A stretch of 64,000 nucleotides of DNA, from positions 3,618,101 to 3,682,100 of the forward strand of contig NC_092677.1 of assembly GCF_964355755.1 (NCBI RefSeq). Direction: 5' to 3'. Every line of letters starts with the position of its first letter. Position 1 is the first letter of the stretch. The notes under the pieces were generated by a model. The model saw only the letters and a program-made list of their open reading frames with translations, made no database searches and was not told the origin of the DNA. Positions 51,293 to 63,552 of this stretch are shown here, one piece after another. The translations under genes were made by a program, and so were the position numbers. Source of the DNA: Antedon mediterranea (Eukaryota; Animalia; Echinodermata).

Positions 51293-54212
51293 ATGAACTT
51301 GCTGAAATGCAAAAACTTCATCATTATCTCAACCTTTAATGTTCGTACTTTGAACACCATCAATCAGATACCTGAACTTATCGCAAACTCGATAAATTGG
51401 AAAATTGACGTTGTGTGTATTCAAGAACATCGCAAATTTCACGAAGCCAATGAATTAGAATACAAAGATGCTGGCAAAGGTTGGACCCTCATCACAAGCT
51501 CTGCTACGAAAAATGACATAAACGCTACCATAGGAGGCGTCGGCTTACTCCTAAGCCCCAGAGCAATTAAATCCCTTAACAAAATCGAGAAAATCAACTC
51601 CAGAATTATTATTGCAAACTTCAACGGTAACCCAGAAACCACAATTATCTCTTGCTACAGTCCTACAAACGTAGCAGATGAAGATTTGGTCACTCAATTC
51701 TACATCGAACTATCCTCGTTAGTTAGAGATGTTCCAAAACATAATCTTTTATTGATTGGAGGAGATTTCAACGCTCAAATTGGTATGGAAAATAACAAAA
51801 CGTTTTCCTTTCATGATCAGACAAACCGAAACGGTGAACTTTTTCGGGAGTTTGCTGTTGAAAACCGGCTGCTGGTTCTGAATACCAAGTTTCAAAAGAG
51901 AATGGGTAAACTTTGGACCTTCCAATATGCAAACGGTAGAAAAGCTCAACTTGACTACCTTCTTATAAACCACAAATGGAAAAACAGCTGCTTAAACTGC
52001 GAAGCATATAACAGTTTTGCCAGTGTGATATCAGATCATCGCATCGTTTCCAGCCGTATAAGACTGAGTCTTCGAGCAAACAACAAAAAACTTGATAATC
52101 CTCCGCCATATTATTGGAAGTCCTTAATACACGATGGTAATAACCTCGTGCGGTTCACCATTGAACTTAGAAATCGATTTGATGCTCTCCACGATGAAAG
52201 TGTGATCGACAATCCAGATACCACCTATGAAAACTTTGTGAAAGCACACTGGGAAGCCGCTTCCAACTGTATTCTCTTGAAACCTAAAAAACGCAAAAGA
52301 GTACCCTGGGAAACGCAGGCTATTCAAGACCAACGAGAGAGGATCAAACGATCAGCAACTCGTAAAAATGGTAACCCTACACCCCAAAACATCTCAAAAT
52401 TCAACAGAGAGAAGTATAAGTTGACGAGACTCTATCAAATCGAACTGGAAACCTATCTGCAAACTAAGATTGACTCGATTAAGCAATATTCGGTGAATAA
52501 GCAATCATCGATGGTCTGGGATACGATTAATGAAATCTCAGGTAGAAAGCGCATCAGTCAAGCAAAGCTGAAAGCCACCAGTCAAAATGATCGTCTAAAT
52601 CAATGGAAAAACCACTTCAAGAACCTTCTTGGCAACATTCCCAATATAACCAATGTGGAAACCATTGAGCTATTTCCAGCACAGACTGAATCTAACATCA
52701 AAATCGGTCCTTTTAACGACGAAGAGTTAAACAAAGCACTCACAAAAATGAAAAATGGAAAATCCCCAGGACTTGATGGGATTCCTCCAGAAGTGTGGAA
52801 AACGAAACATTTTAACAACGTACTCTTGAAGTGGTGCAATGAGGTCTATGAACAAAGACCTATTCACTACTGGACAAGAGGCTGCATACTACCATTTCCA
52901 AAAAAAAAGGAGATCTTGGAAAGGCCGAAAACTACAGAGGAATAACTCTCACCTCCATTGCTGCCAAGATCTACAATCTTATGCTCTTGAATAGAATACA
53001 ACCATGGATCGAGACAATACTTCGTAAAAACCAAAATGGTTTTAGACAGGGACGCTCAGCAAGCAGCCAGATTCTCACAATTAGGAGAATACTTGAGGGA
53101 GTGCGTGACAAAAATCTTCCTGCAGTCCTCCTCTTTGTAGATTTTGCAAAAGCCTTCGATTCTGTCTATCGTGAAAAGATGCGTGAAATTCTTCTCGTCT
53201 ACAAAATTCCACTTGAGATTGTCAATGCCATAATGATGCTGTACAAAAACTCAAGTGCCCTGGTTCGTTCTCCAGATGGTGATACTGATCCGTTTCGGGT
53301 AAAAGCAGGCGTGCTTCAAGGAGATACTCTCGCTCCCTACATCTTCATCATATGTCTTGATTATGTTCTCCGCTCGGCTATTGATCCACTCAACAAACAC
53401 GGCTTAACATTGAAGCCAAGAATCAGTAAGAGGTTCCCTGCGAAATTGGTAACTGACGCTGATTATGCTGACGATATAGCCCTGTTGTCGAACACGATTG
53501 CTGGAGCAAAAACCCTCCTACACGCCCTTGAAAATGCTGCATCCTCAATCGGCCTCCACATAAATGCCAAAAAAAACCAGAAAGTATGAACGTAAACTGT
53601 CAAGGTCAAATTCAAACTAGCTCCGGATACGCTCTCAATCAAGTCGACCAGTTCACCTATCTTGGCAGCAACATTGCCTCAACAGCAAAAGACGTTGATA
53701 TACGTATCAGCAAAGCCTGGTCAGCTCTCAAACGCCTGACTGTCATATGGAAGTCCAACATCTCAAACAACATGAAGAAAAATTTCTTTAAGACCACAGT
53801 CGAGTCTGTCCTTCTCTACGGGTCATCGACATGGACCCTAACTAAGAAACTTGAAAACACTCTAAACGGAACATATACTAGGATGCTACGAGCCGTTCTT
53901 AACGTTTCGTGGCAAGAGCACCTCTCCAACGCTCAGCTATATGGGAATCTTCGCAAGATCACCGATGTTATCAAAGAAAGAAGAGTCCGATTTGTTGGAC
54001 ACTCTTTCCGCAACAAAAGTGAACTGATAAGCGAACTTATGCTCTGGATGCCATCACATGGGACAAGAAGACCAGGCAGGCCCCCAAAATCATTCATTGA
54101 CCAACTAGTTGCGGACTCCGGCCATACAATTGAAGAGCTACCAGGAGCAATGATGAACAGAGACGGCTGGAAAGAAGTAGTCAAAAGGATCCGAGCAAGC
54201 TCTACGCAGTAG
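51293..54212 (+). CDS. RTE ORF: AP endonuclease plus reverse transcriptase, split by two frameshifts (~52900 and ~53575)
   Basis: APE motifs TFNVRTL, CIQEHR, GGDFNAQ, LDY, SDHR. RT motifs QNGFR, FVDFAKAFDSV, GVLQGDTLAP, YADD, FTYLGS. Confidence 0.93.
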
Positions 54213-54489
54213 TAGTAGTAATATACGTTTATACAAATGTATTGATTTCCGATGAATGGAACATTCCAATATAACTCTTTGCTTTAACACAAGTACCACC
54301 AGCTTTAGGTAAGTTTATTGGCCCTTTGGGAATTAACCTAAAACCTATCTCGATATAGTATTGCAATACTATTTATTCGTTTCTGTAAACCACAATAACT
54401 ATTATAGTCCTGCAGTACGTACATTAAAAAAAAGCATTTCTTTTTACGCTGAAATTACTGTGTATTCGAGAACCATCTGTGGGCACAGC

Positions 54490-54526
54490 CTAGATGGTAC
54501 GCGAGCGAAGCGAGCGTACCATCTAG
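54490..54526 (+). mobile_element. Helitron/Helentron-like terminal hairpin ending in CTAG|T
   Basis: CTAGATGGTACGC-GAGCGAAGCGA-GCGTACCATCTAG-T, a perfect 13-bp stem. Confidence 0.55.
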
Positions 54527-54599
54527 TTATTCTAATTAACAGAACGGAAATTAATATTATTTGCTTACCTCAGAATTTCTGAATCTAATTAATTAATGT

Positions 54600-55155
54600 T
54601 TAAATTTAGTGTATCCTTGAGTTTTCTTCCAGAGGATGAAAGTACCATGGACTCTAACGATCTGCAATCTGAACGATGAACGAACTTTTCCCCTTTCCAC
54701 GATGCGTTACTATTGTCAATTGTTATGATGCCGAAAGTGAACTCCTGACATATTATTTCATTCATAAAACATATCCAATTCAATTTGTACAATGTTATTA
54801 CATTTTCATTTGTAATGGTAATTTATAATTTATTAGAATTCAATATGTTTTGCAGATGATGTTCATGGGGGTGGGGGGGGGGGGGTTGTGCTCAACTGCG
54901 CGTGCAAACTTAAAAATCGCATAGTTTAACACCAAAATTCTTCCCATTGTAGATGTTATTTGAAGACGTATAATAGGCCTAGTATTTCGTATACTTGGTG
55001 ATACTTCTCTAATTCTACAGCAGAATTACATTGTACTTATATTGTACCTTGTTTTGTGCAATTTCGCTACGACATTTCTAAAAATAGAACATTACTAATT
55101 GATATTGCCGGGAGCCAAATCAACTGTCAAATACGGTAAGATGTAATATTTTTGC
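54600..55155 (-). pseudogene. Remnant of an AAC4-like paralog (copy C): exon 1 pieces and promoter
   Basis: 54620-54670 encodes CRSLESMVLSSSGRKL (copy A: FRSFASMELSSSGKKL). 54888-54970 matches 38327-38410, and 55025-55155 matches 38655-38830. Confidence 0.75.
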
Positions 55156-55520
55156 CATCTTACTATAATTCACCAAAAACGTGTTATTGTCTGTCTGTCG
55201 TCCGGGTTTATTCAGAGACTTAAGGGGTCGCATGGTCTTCAAACTTATTTTATTATTTAATTATTAGTGTGGGAGTTTTGAAGAAAGAACGAGTTTGCGT
55301 TCGTTAGGTCCTCAAATCTTGAATGTTTTTAATTGCTTCGATCGAGCTGAAACTTGTGGAAAACAATAATTATATGGATATATTTATTATGTATGCAAGA
55401 AAACAATACTGAGGAGGAGGGCGCCAACCAAGGTCATGCAATGTCAAAGGTCAGGGTAAAATTTAAAAATGGGTCTAATTCATCTGTTATTACAGTATGT
55501 ATGCAAGGTGCAACAACGCG
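55138..55520 (+). mobile_element. Possible non-autonomous Helitron/HINE fragment
   Basis: A|TCTTACTATAAT start, (TGTC)n microsatellite and AAGGTCA motifs. 3' boundary unclear. Confidence 0.35.
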
Positions 55521-55839
55521 ATGGTGAAAGTTTTATCATAGTAATTTTCATGCAATAATTCCACTACAAATAATAGATGAATTGTGCAAAGTAACGATCT
55601 ATATATAAATTGCGGTCCATCTATCCCTGAATTAAGTGCGCATGCGTAAACTAAATAGGTGCGCCATGGATGAGATTTAGACTCTTCCCTGAAAATAAAC
55701 TTGGTGGGCGGAATGCAGCTCAGTAAGAAAGAACGAGTTTGCCTTCGTTATGTCGTCAATGTCAAATCTCAACATTTTCAAATTAGGCCAACTTCGATCG
55801 AGTAGAAACTTGGGTAAAGTATAATCCGTATAAGGCCTA

Positions 55840-56071
55840 CCGTATTTATTCGAATAAACGCCCTGCTTTGAATAAACGCCTCCCAAGAATAAACTCCCTC
55901 TAACATAATTTTGAATAAACGCCACGCCCCATTGTTACTGTATTTTATCATTTCTCGATATTAATTGTGTTATGCCTTAATTAAATAAATATTTTTTCCA
56001 AATCTGATGGGTTATTTAATTCTCCATTACACCCAAAAAATAAACGCATTTGTTTATTCGAATAAATATGG
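55840..56071. mobile_element. Tc1/mariner-type MITE with TA TSD
   Basis: TA|CCGTATTTATTCGAATAAAC ... GTTTATTCGAATAAATATGG|TA. Confidence 0.8.
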
Positions 56072-56582
56072 TATATAGGGCGAGTATGAATCTGATTTTA
56101 AACTACATTTGAAACCCCGAGTATACTTGCTCCTAGTAAGTGTAAATTCAGATGCCATTCTGTGATACTATAACAATTTCTTTGGTTTAGTTTACACGCT
56201 GATTATAGAAGCGTTACTGTTTTAAATGCGTGATTATTTTATTCTTTTCCTTTTTGATATTGTAAGGGTGTTCATCCCAAGGGTCGATGTTGACAGGTCA
56301 CAGGCAACATTTCAGCAGTATACGAACTGCTAAAACTGTGGTATCGCTTGAATATTTCACTTTACACATTTTTTTCATTTGTGCAGGATAATATTTATTC
56401 AAACATAATCGTGTGACAATTGTCTATATTATTAATAATATTTATCAACATATCATCCTGTACAAATGTTGTTTGTTTTAAATTATCACCACCCACCCAC
56501 CACCATCGCCGTCGCCGCCGCTGCCGCCCGTCCACCTCCTCCTTCTCCTCCTCCTCTTTATTACTGTTAATTAAGCGGTCTT

Positions 56583-57923
56583 CTAGTTAAAGTGTTGTTC
56601 TTTTTCAACTAGAACTACAATGAGCATAGTATTAGCTTTCAAACCGTGTTTAATATTCTCCCATGCGTTATAAACTAAATCAGCAAATCGGGGAGACTCT
56701 GTCCAGACGAACATGATCGATTTGTCCGACTTCTTTATCGCTTTCTTCGTTGCATTTTTTAACTCTGCAGAATATAAAAAGAGAATCTTATTTTGTTAAC
56801 ATTTCAACACAACTTCTTTGATGAAATCACAAAAAATATGTAGGCCTATAGCAATATTTTACAGTGAAATTACAAAATATAGTTTTGGTACCGCAGTAAA
56901 TATGCCTCTACGGTAAATGTGTCTATTTTGCTTCTATCACTTTCAAACGCAATGTGCATACCTTTAAGGTTCACTTCCAGGCTTTTTTTTACATCATCTA
57001 TGTTCTTTCTTTCTAGCCATGTAACCGACATACACACCGAAACAACCGCCGACTTATCTGTAAGTTTGAAGTGAGCTTTGGAAGGGGAATACTTGATTTT
57101 AGTTTGAGTTTCCAGTTTTGCATCGGGTAAGAGCAAGAGTAACACCTCAAAGCTATACAATAAAAAAGAGTTAAATTAACAGAGGTATGTGTTCACACGC
57201 ACTAGAATTAAGCGTTCATTAACTGAGTTAAGCTCATCCGAAAACTCTAAAGTTATTATTATACAACTTGGACAAGTGAGAAATAGTAATATGTTCCCAT
57301 CTGATTTTCAACAGGGGTATATCGGATTAACTTGTTTACGGTTTTGTGTTAAAAAATCCTAAGGGACGCTTAAATAGTTAGTCTCACTCGCTTTGACAAG
57401 ATAATGTGTATTTTTTTTAAGTAAAATTCAACAATACTGTTAAACTTAGTTAATTTCCTTGGCAGCTAAAAATAAATAAATGTCAACGATCAACACACAT
57501 TTCTTATAGAAAATCAATTATAAAAAGAACGAAAATGACAATTTGTTGCTAACGTTTAAAAAAAGCATAACAAAGCAAGAGTTTGTCTTACCTGAAAGCG
57601 GCTTTTAATTGAATAGAAGTTCCCGTGGAATTTCTGGTCTTTAAAAACTTCTTTCCAGAGGACGACAATTGATCCTTAGTAAGAAATGAGCTAGTGACTA
57701 GTAAATTGACCTTCATATTCTCTTTAGAATGCTCATTTGCTGGTGTGATCTTATACTCACCTAACTTAACAGTAAAGTGTGGCCCACTATAGATTTTTCG
57801 GGGCTTGTACTCTTCGGGCGGCCTTTTGCGGCGGCGCCGCTTTTTTGTATTAGACTTACTTTTAGACTTGCGTTTTTGAGTTTCTTTCGAAAATATGAAA
57901 TTATTACATCTTTTGGTATCCAT
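56583..57923 (-). CDS. Divergent AAC4-like paralog (copy B), 234 aa; exons 57923-57592, 57152-56962, 56764-56583
   Basis: Canonical GT-AG introns (AG|GTAAGA, TTGTATAG|, G|GTATGC, TTCTGCAG|) at the same positions and phases (2, 1) as copy A. Open frame of 705 nt to TAG. Shares LSSSGKK, SFEVL, SVT and NLK motifs; C-terminus KSIMFVWTES...LKANTMLIV; basic N-terminus KKRRRRKR. Confidence 0.75.
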
Positions 57924-59481
57924 CTGGTAATACTGAATCCAGTCGCGGTGTCACCATTATATAGACAGTGTTGAACAATCGGAGCCAATCAACTTTAAAT
58001 ACGTTATGACGTCGTGATCGTAAGGTGACGATTGAAACCAGACAAAATATAAACCCAGAACAATATCGATATAATATCAACAACAATAATACTATAATAG
58101 CATAATATAATGGAATAATTTTCCCGTTTTAGCAATGTTAATATTTACATGCGGTAGTAATCTAATACTAATTAGATACAGTAATAATCGTGTCGTGAGG
58201 CAGACTGACTTTTTCACTTGACTGAATGCAGTGTACAAAAGTACTTAGCATTGATAAATAGCCGAGGCTGTGTGAAAGGGGCTTTAAATTAAAAAAAAAA
58301 AGATGTAATGCAAAAGAGGACTATAAAGTTGACCACTTCATTTCAAATGTACCATATTTAAATATCATCACTCTTTTGTACCATGTTATATATAGTCATT
58401 AATTTAGAATAAACATTGATTTTGTTTACACTAAATTAGTAGCGTTACCAAATGTAACACTATTCGTATTCGTGTGACTTATTGGCCCGGTCATAATCAT
58501 TGTGAAACTGGTTAATACTGTGCTGCTTAGAATAATTAATCTTGATATACATAGGCCTAAACTCAGTTTAAAAAAAAATTGTTTATTCATAGTGAAACAA
58601 AACAATCCCGCAAACATCGGAATCTTCTGATCAAACTTTATAACTGACTGACGGGAGGCATTAGCTGATGATGGATGATGATAATATTAATTGATTAGAT
58701 ATTCAGAGCCATCAATTAGGCTAAATAAAGATTGGCTCTGCTGGATGATATTTGAATCAGAGCGCCCTCATGGGCAGGTCTATTTATCATCACCCATGCA
58801 TGATGATGATGTATGCTCGGATGATATAATTATATCAATATTCAAATAATATATAAGGCCAAAGCCGGCCATATATATAAAAAGCCGCAGTTACGGCATT
58901 GCGTTCACGGATTTTAGAAAGTCACGTGGGGTGCACACCGGCCATCTTTGGGTCCAACTATGCTTATGTAGGAGTATCGAGTCGAGTCATTTGCTTTTAA
59001 AATGTATAATAGTACAGGAAAACTATGAAATGTCGTTGAAAAAATTGCAACAGAATTTATTTCACCACAATGCATTTCTATAAGGTCCCTATATGAACAT
59101 ACTAAAAGTCTAGAAAAATCCAGGTAGGGGAAATAGGTTTTTTTAAACAAAATGGCCGCCAATGGCGAAAATGCCTAAAAAGGGACAAAAAAAACATAAA
59201 TGATAGATCTAATTACCACTTTATAACAGTTTTTACAAAGGTTTATATATTTCTTTACAGTTTCAAAAATCTGAACTACAATATACACATTATTTTAAGT
59301 GCTGTTAATTAGAAAATGGCCGAAAAACAAATGTTTAAGTATCTTATAGATATATCCCTATTGTTATAATATATAAACGCAGTCCTTCCTATGCTTAATG
59401 CATAGGATTACGGTGTCTAATAATAAATCAGTTAATTTACATTTGTACTGTTATAACAATATATTACAACATTGGTGGTGC

Positions 59482-59802
59482 CAGTGGGGAGGGGTATAGG
59501 GATAGGAGATCATGGGAAGGGTGAGGGAGTCTGTCCCCCCCCCCATCCCCTCTCCCCAATTGGCTATTTTCGGGAGTATATGTAGACAATATGATGATAT
59601 TTCCTAATATGAAACAATACCCCATTGAGTGCTGTTTCAAGGATTTTCATTTTTAAAAGTGATTAAAATTACCCTTTACCGGTATAATATTGTCGGAACT
59701 TCTGGGTGCCCTCCAATTGATGGCCCAGCCAATTGATGCTAGCTGCGCTCTCCTCCCCCCCCCCCCCTCCCCCTCATCGGGAAAATCCTTGCCCCATCAC
59801 TG
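59482..59802. mobile_element. Decayed CAGTG...CACTG MITE (hAT-like) inserted in the left foldback arm
   Basis: CAGTGG start and CACTG end with G/C runs; absent from the right arm. Confidence 0.45.
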
Positions 59803-59817
59803 GACTACAATCTATTA

Positions 59818-60265
59818 CCGTATTTATTCGGATAAATGCTACATTTAGAAAAATCGAATAAACGCCCCCCCCCCCCCATAGGACATCATTTGGAATAATC
59901 TACGCCACTGCACCCGTCCCCCGCCCCCATTGGACATCATTTTGAATAATCTACGCCACTGCACCCGTCCCCGCCCCCATTGGACATCATTTTGAATTTA
60001 TTTCCTCGAATGTACGCCCCGCCACATGCATACAGTATTATATACACAATATTGTATTTTAACACATCTCTATTCACTGAATGACATGATGGTGTTGTAT
60101 TTGTTCATATCTAAAGGGTGTATTTATTTGATTATACATGTTACCGTACCACATTACACCCACAAAAATAAACGCCTCTCCGAATAAACTCCTCACGACG
60201 ATTACACGCCCCCACTACCCTCCTTAAAAATCAACCGCCAAGGGCATTTATTCAAATAAATGCGG
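59818..60265. mobile_element. Second Tc1/mariner-type MITE (same family as 55840) in the left foldback arm
   Basis: TA|CCGTATTTATTCGGATAAATGC ... GCATTTATTCAAATAAATGCGG|TA. Internal ~53-bp tandem duplication at 59875-59997. Confidence 0.8.
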
Positions 60266-62351
60266 TAATTTCACTTTCATCTTGTCAGTATCTCATCTTC
60301 CATCTATTGGTAGGGAATTGAGCATGTGCTGATGCCGTGGCATTCTTAAAAAATAGTGGAGCAGCAGTCAAAACCATATTCTGCAACTGCAATTCATTTT
60401 ACTACAACCTTATTTACAGGTACATCTAATCAACTTTAATAGTTTCTCTGGTGCTGGTAGTAAATTTGTCATCAATACTTTCCATCCCTAGTCTGTGGGT
60501 TGAAGAGTATTTTCTATCCAATGCTATAATACCTGGTAATAAAGACTCACGAAATGAAATTTTGCAGCAAGGGAATAATAGATTTGCTTTTTGCAACTTT
60601 CTCAAAGAAAAGTAGGCTGTCTAAAGTCCCCATTGACTTCCCTCCATATATACGGTAGCTACCAATGTCAAATTCCTGATGCAATGTTTTCTTTTTTTTT
60701 TGGAAACCGTTTGGTTTACAGAATTTGACATACAACTCCAACTGTGATGTGATGATTTTTAAGACCAACACCTTTTCCTAAACCAAATTTACTTACGGCC
60801 CATAATTATAGCCATTAAACACAAGAGTTTACTTTGCCTTCACATAAAGTAACAAACATACATGGTACATAATAAATGTCTTGAAATGTTACTGTTTCGG
60901 TCCAAGAGGTTTGATGTAGCAGTGCTCCCCCATTGATAACATACATTGGGCAGTGAGATGAAGGTTTCTGAGTAGTCTAGCAGTGTGTATGGAGTCAATG
61001 GAGTAAAAGAGGGCTGCAGGAAAAGTACAAGGTTCTTTTTCAACAAATGATGCATTGTGTATGACTGTCTCACATAGCCATCAATGATGAAATAGTATAT
61101 GTGAGGGAATGTGCACTGCTTCTCTATTGATGAATATGGTTGATTTTGACCCATGTGTAATAATTATTATGTTCTTTCCTCTTAAATTAATATTCTGTCA
61201 CGGTTGCTTCATTCATTGATTTAACCGTATGTTCTCGATGAGGGAGCACTGTGAATGCATGTAAAGTCTTTCCTTGGTGTGAAGCTCTGTAAAAATCAAT
61301 TTGCTTTTTATACATGGAATTCAGGGATGTGATACTACATCCCATCTATTTGGTATAGGAAAAGGTGTTAGTCTTAAAAAGTCATAACACCTGGGCAGTA
61401 GTATGCTTACAAACTCTGTAAAACCAAACGTCTCCAAAAAAAAAGAAAGAAACCATCGCATCAGAGGAATTGGCATTGGTAGCTATATACTGTATGGAGG
61501 AATACGTTCAGGGAGAAAGTAGCAAAAAGCAAAACAGCACTTGAAATAAAGTCTATTCCCCCAACAACAAATGCTGCATGTCTATTACCATGGTACAGCA
61601 GTGGATAGAAAATACTCTTCAACCCACAGACTAGGGGATGGAAAGTTACAAATGGCGTGATGTGTCCATTGACGATAAATTTACCACGAGTACCACCGTT
61701 TGTAAAAAATACCACAGCATCAGCACATGCTTAATTCCTACCTATAGACAGAGGATGATAACTGGACAATGAAAATGAATGGATTAATAGATTCTAAGAT
61801 TGTATAATTCTATTGTTGTGACAGTACAAATGTAAATGAACTGTTTTATTAGACACCGTAGTCCTGCATTATGATGCATAGGCCTACGTTGTCTATTACT
61901 ATAACCGTGGTGATATCTTGATACTTAAAATGTGTGTTTTTGCTGCTAAATAGCACTTGAATTAATATGTATATTGCAGTTTAAATGTTTGACAGTAAAG
62001 AAATATAAAAAGCATTATAAAAACTGCTATCAAGTGGTAATTAGATATACAATGTTTTTTGTTCATTTTTAGACATTTTTTGCCATTGACGGCCATTTTG
62101 TTTAAAAAAACCTATTTCCCCTACCTGGACTTTTAGTATGTTCATATAGGGACCTTATAGAAATGCATTGTGGTGAAAAAAATTCTGTTGCAATTTTTTC
62201 AACCTTTTACTGATTCTGAGCATATCTTTCCTGTACTATAACTTTCACAAGGCTTTAAATATCGAATGTAATATCAAAACAATCAATTTGTTTAAAGGTT
62301 TTTGTTAAGATAATAAAAAAATTATAAAGTTACTGCGAACATGATTTTAAA

Positions 62352-62448
62352 CAAATATGGTAGTGATGGCAACATGGCATCAACATGTCCATATATGGCC
62401 ACATCACTTTTTTGTCACATAAAATTTGATAGTGTAGTCAGAGCTTTA
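62352..62448. mobile_element. Partial copy of the short MITE at 63391
   Basis: CAAATATGGTAGTGAT...CACATCAC...TGTCACA...TTTGATAGTGTAGTCAGAGCTTTA. Confidence 0.7.
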
Positions 62449-62728
62449 GATTCTGTAGTACTAGCTAGTAGTAGAGAGGGCTTGGCCCTAGACTAGGCCT
62501 AGTTCTAGTCCACTGTCCTCCAGCTAGCTAGGTCCAGGCTAGGCGCATGTTATTTTATTGTTATGGAAGCTCAGCTGCTGAGGGTTCCGCGCGTGGTGTG
62601 AAAGCTTGGTCTGTCTAGTTTTTAAAAGTAGGCGCTATGTATGTAATGTAATTAATAATAATACTGTCTGAACTATATTAATAACTTTATTTATACCTAT
62701 TAATAATATTAATATTAATTATTTTTAG

Positions 62729-63260
62729 GACAGGAATCATGGATGAACAGAATGAAAAAGAACCTGCTGTGCTAAGCCCCCTGGGAGGCCAAATGATTAA
62801 AGTATGTCTCTATTCTTTCTGTTTATCGGTGGATCCAAGATGTTTGAAAAAGGTGCAGGGGCTTTCATCATAGAAAACAATAATAAACAAATCTTTGGAT
62901 ACTAAGTTATTGCTTAATGAAGTTTTTAATAGTCTGATGACAACTGTCATACACTTCATACAATGTTGTACCCCAATATTGCCCATGCAAATATAAAAAT
63001 AAAATATTTTATTAAAAAAAAAAATTAAAAAAAACATTCAATAAGATTTTTAACATTACCGTATATTCATGTACATATAATTATCTTATAAGATAAGTTT
63101 CTGTATCTTTGTATAACAGTAATTTGTTATTTTTCAGAGATAGTGCTGAGACAGAGGCAGTGTCTGTATTAACAAGTTTAGGGCGTAAAAGAAATTCAAA
63201 TGTCAGTCTTTCACAGGATTCTCCCGATGAAACAGAAGATACGCAGCCAAAGACAAAAAG
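62729..63260 (+). other. Possible first exons of an unidentified host gene (62729-62801 and 63137-63260)
   Basis: TTTTTAG|...ATG GAT GAA...AAA|GTATGT and TTTTCAG|...AAAAG|GTGATT, with open frames MDEQNEKEPAVLSPLGGQMIK and DSAETEAVSVLTSLGRKRN.... The phases do not join directly. Confidence 0.3.
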
Positions 63261-63390
63261 GTGATTCATTATTGGGGTTAATACTGTACTGTACTCCGAA
63301 AATTTAGTTTTCATAGAATTTAGTATCTCTGGAGGGGAGAGAGAGAGCTGGTTTTTATTAGAAACCGCGGGGAAAAAAGTGTTTAATTCT

Positions 63391-63552
63391 TAAGATCTGT
63401 CTAAACTTTCAAACTAGTTCGACAAAAAAAAAGTGTGATGTGCCCAAATATGGTAGTGATATGCCCAAATATGGTAGTGATATGACATCATGTTCACATG
63501 GTCACATCACATTTCTTCTGTCACAAAGTTTGATAGTATAGACAGAGCTTTA
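63391..63552. mobile_element. Short PIF/Harbinger-like MITE
   Basis: Imperfect TIRs AAGATCTGTCTAAACTTTCAAACT and AGTTTGATAGTATAGACAGAGCTT, flanked by TWA-like triplets; internal 21-bp duplication. Confidence 0.7.

Larger units (their letters stand above)
49921..54220 (+). mobile_element. Near full-length RTE-clade non-LTR retrotransposon
   Basis: RTE-type 5' UTR (CCTTGACGTGGTGG...GAGAGCTATGCTGGCGGGAGC...CTCCTGGTAGGGTTACCC...ACAGGTCAAAGGG), a single APE-RT ORF and a (TAG)n tail. 5' boundary approximate. Confidence 0.92.
59010..62238. mobile_element. Non-autonomous foldback DNA transposon (Academ- or Harbinger-like) with ~1-kb imperfect inverted arms and a TAA TSD
   Basis: TAA|TAGTACAGGAAA ... 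TTTCCTGTACTA|TAA. Inverted homology between 59010-59470 and 61800-62238, and between 60270-60795 and 61345-61780. Confidence 0.8.

Noticed and set aside
49900-54240. Target-site duplication around the RTE
   Set aside because: No matching direct repeat was found at the two ends by eye.
56488-56557. (CCA)/(CCG)/(CCT) run as a coding low-complexity region
   Set aside because: Short compound microsatellite just past the gene B stop, with no supporting ORF.
56870-56961. Extension of gene B exon 2 to a GTACC donor at ~56891
   Set aside because: It gives the wrong phase for exon 3. The G|GTATGC donor at 56961 matches paralog A and keeps the frame.
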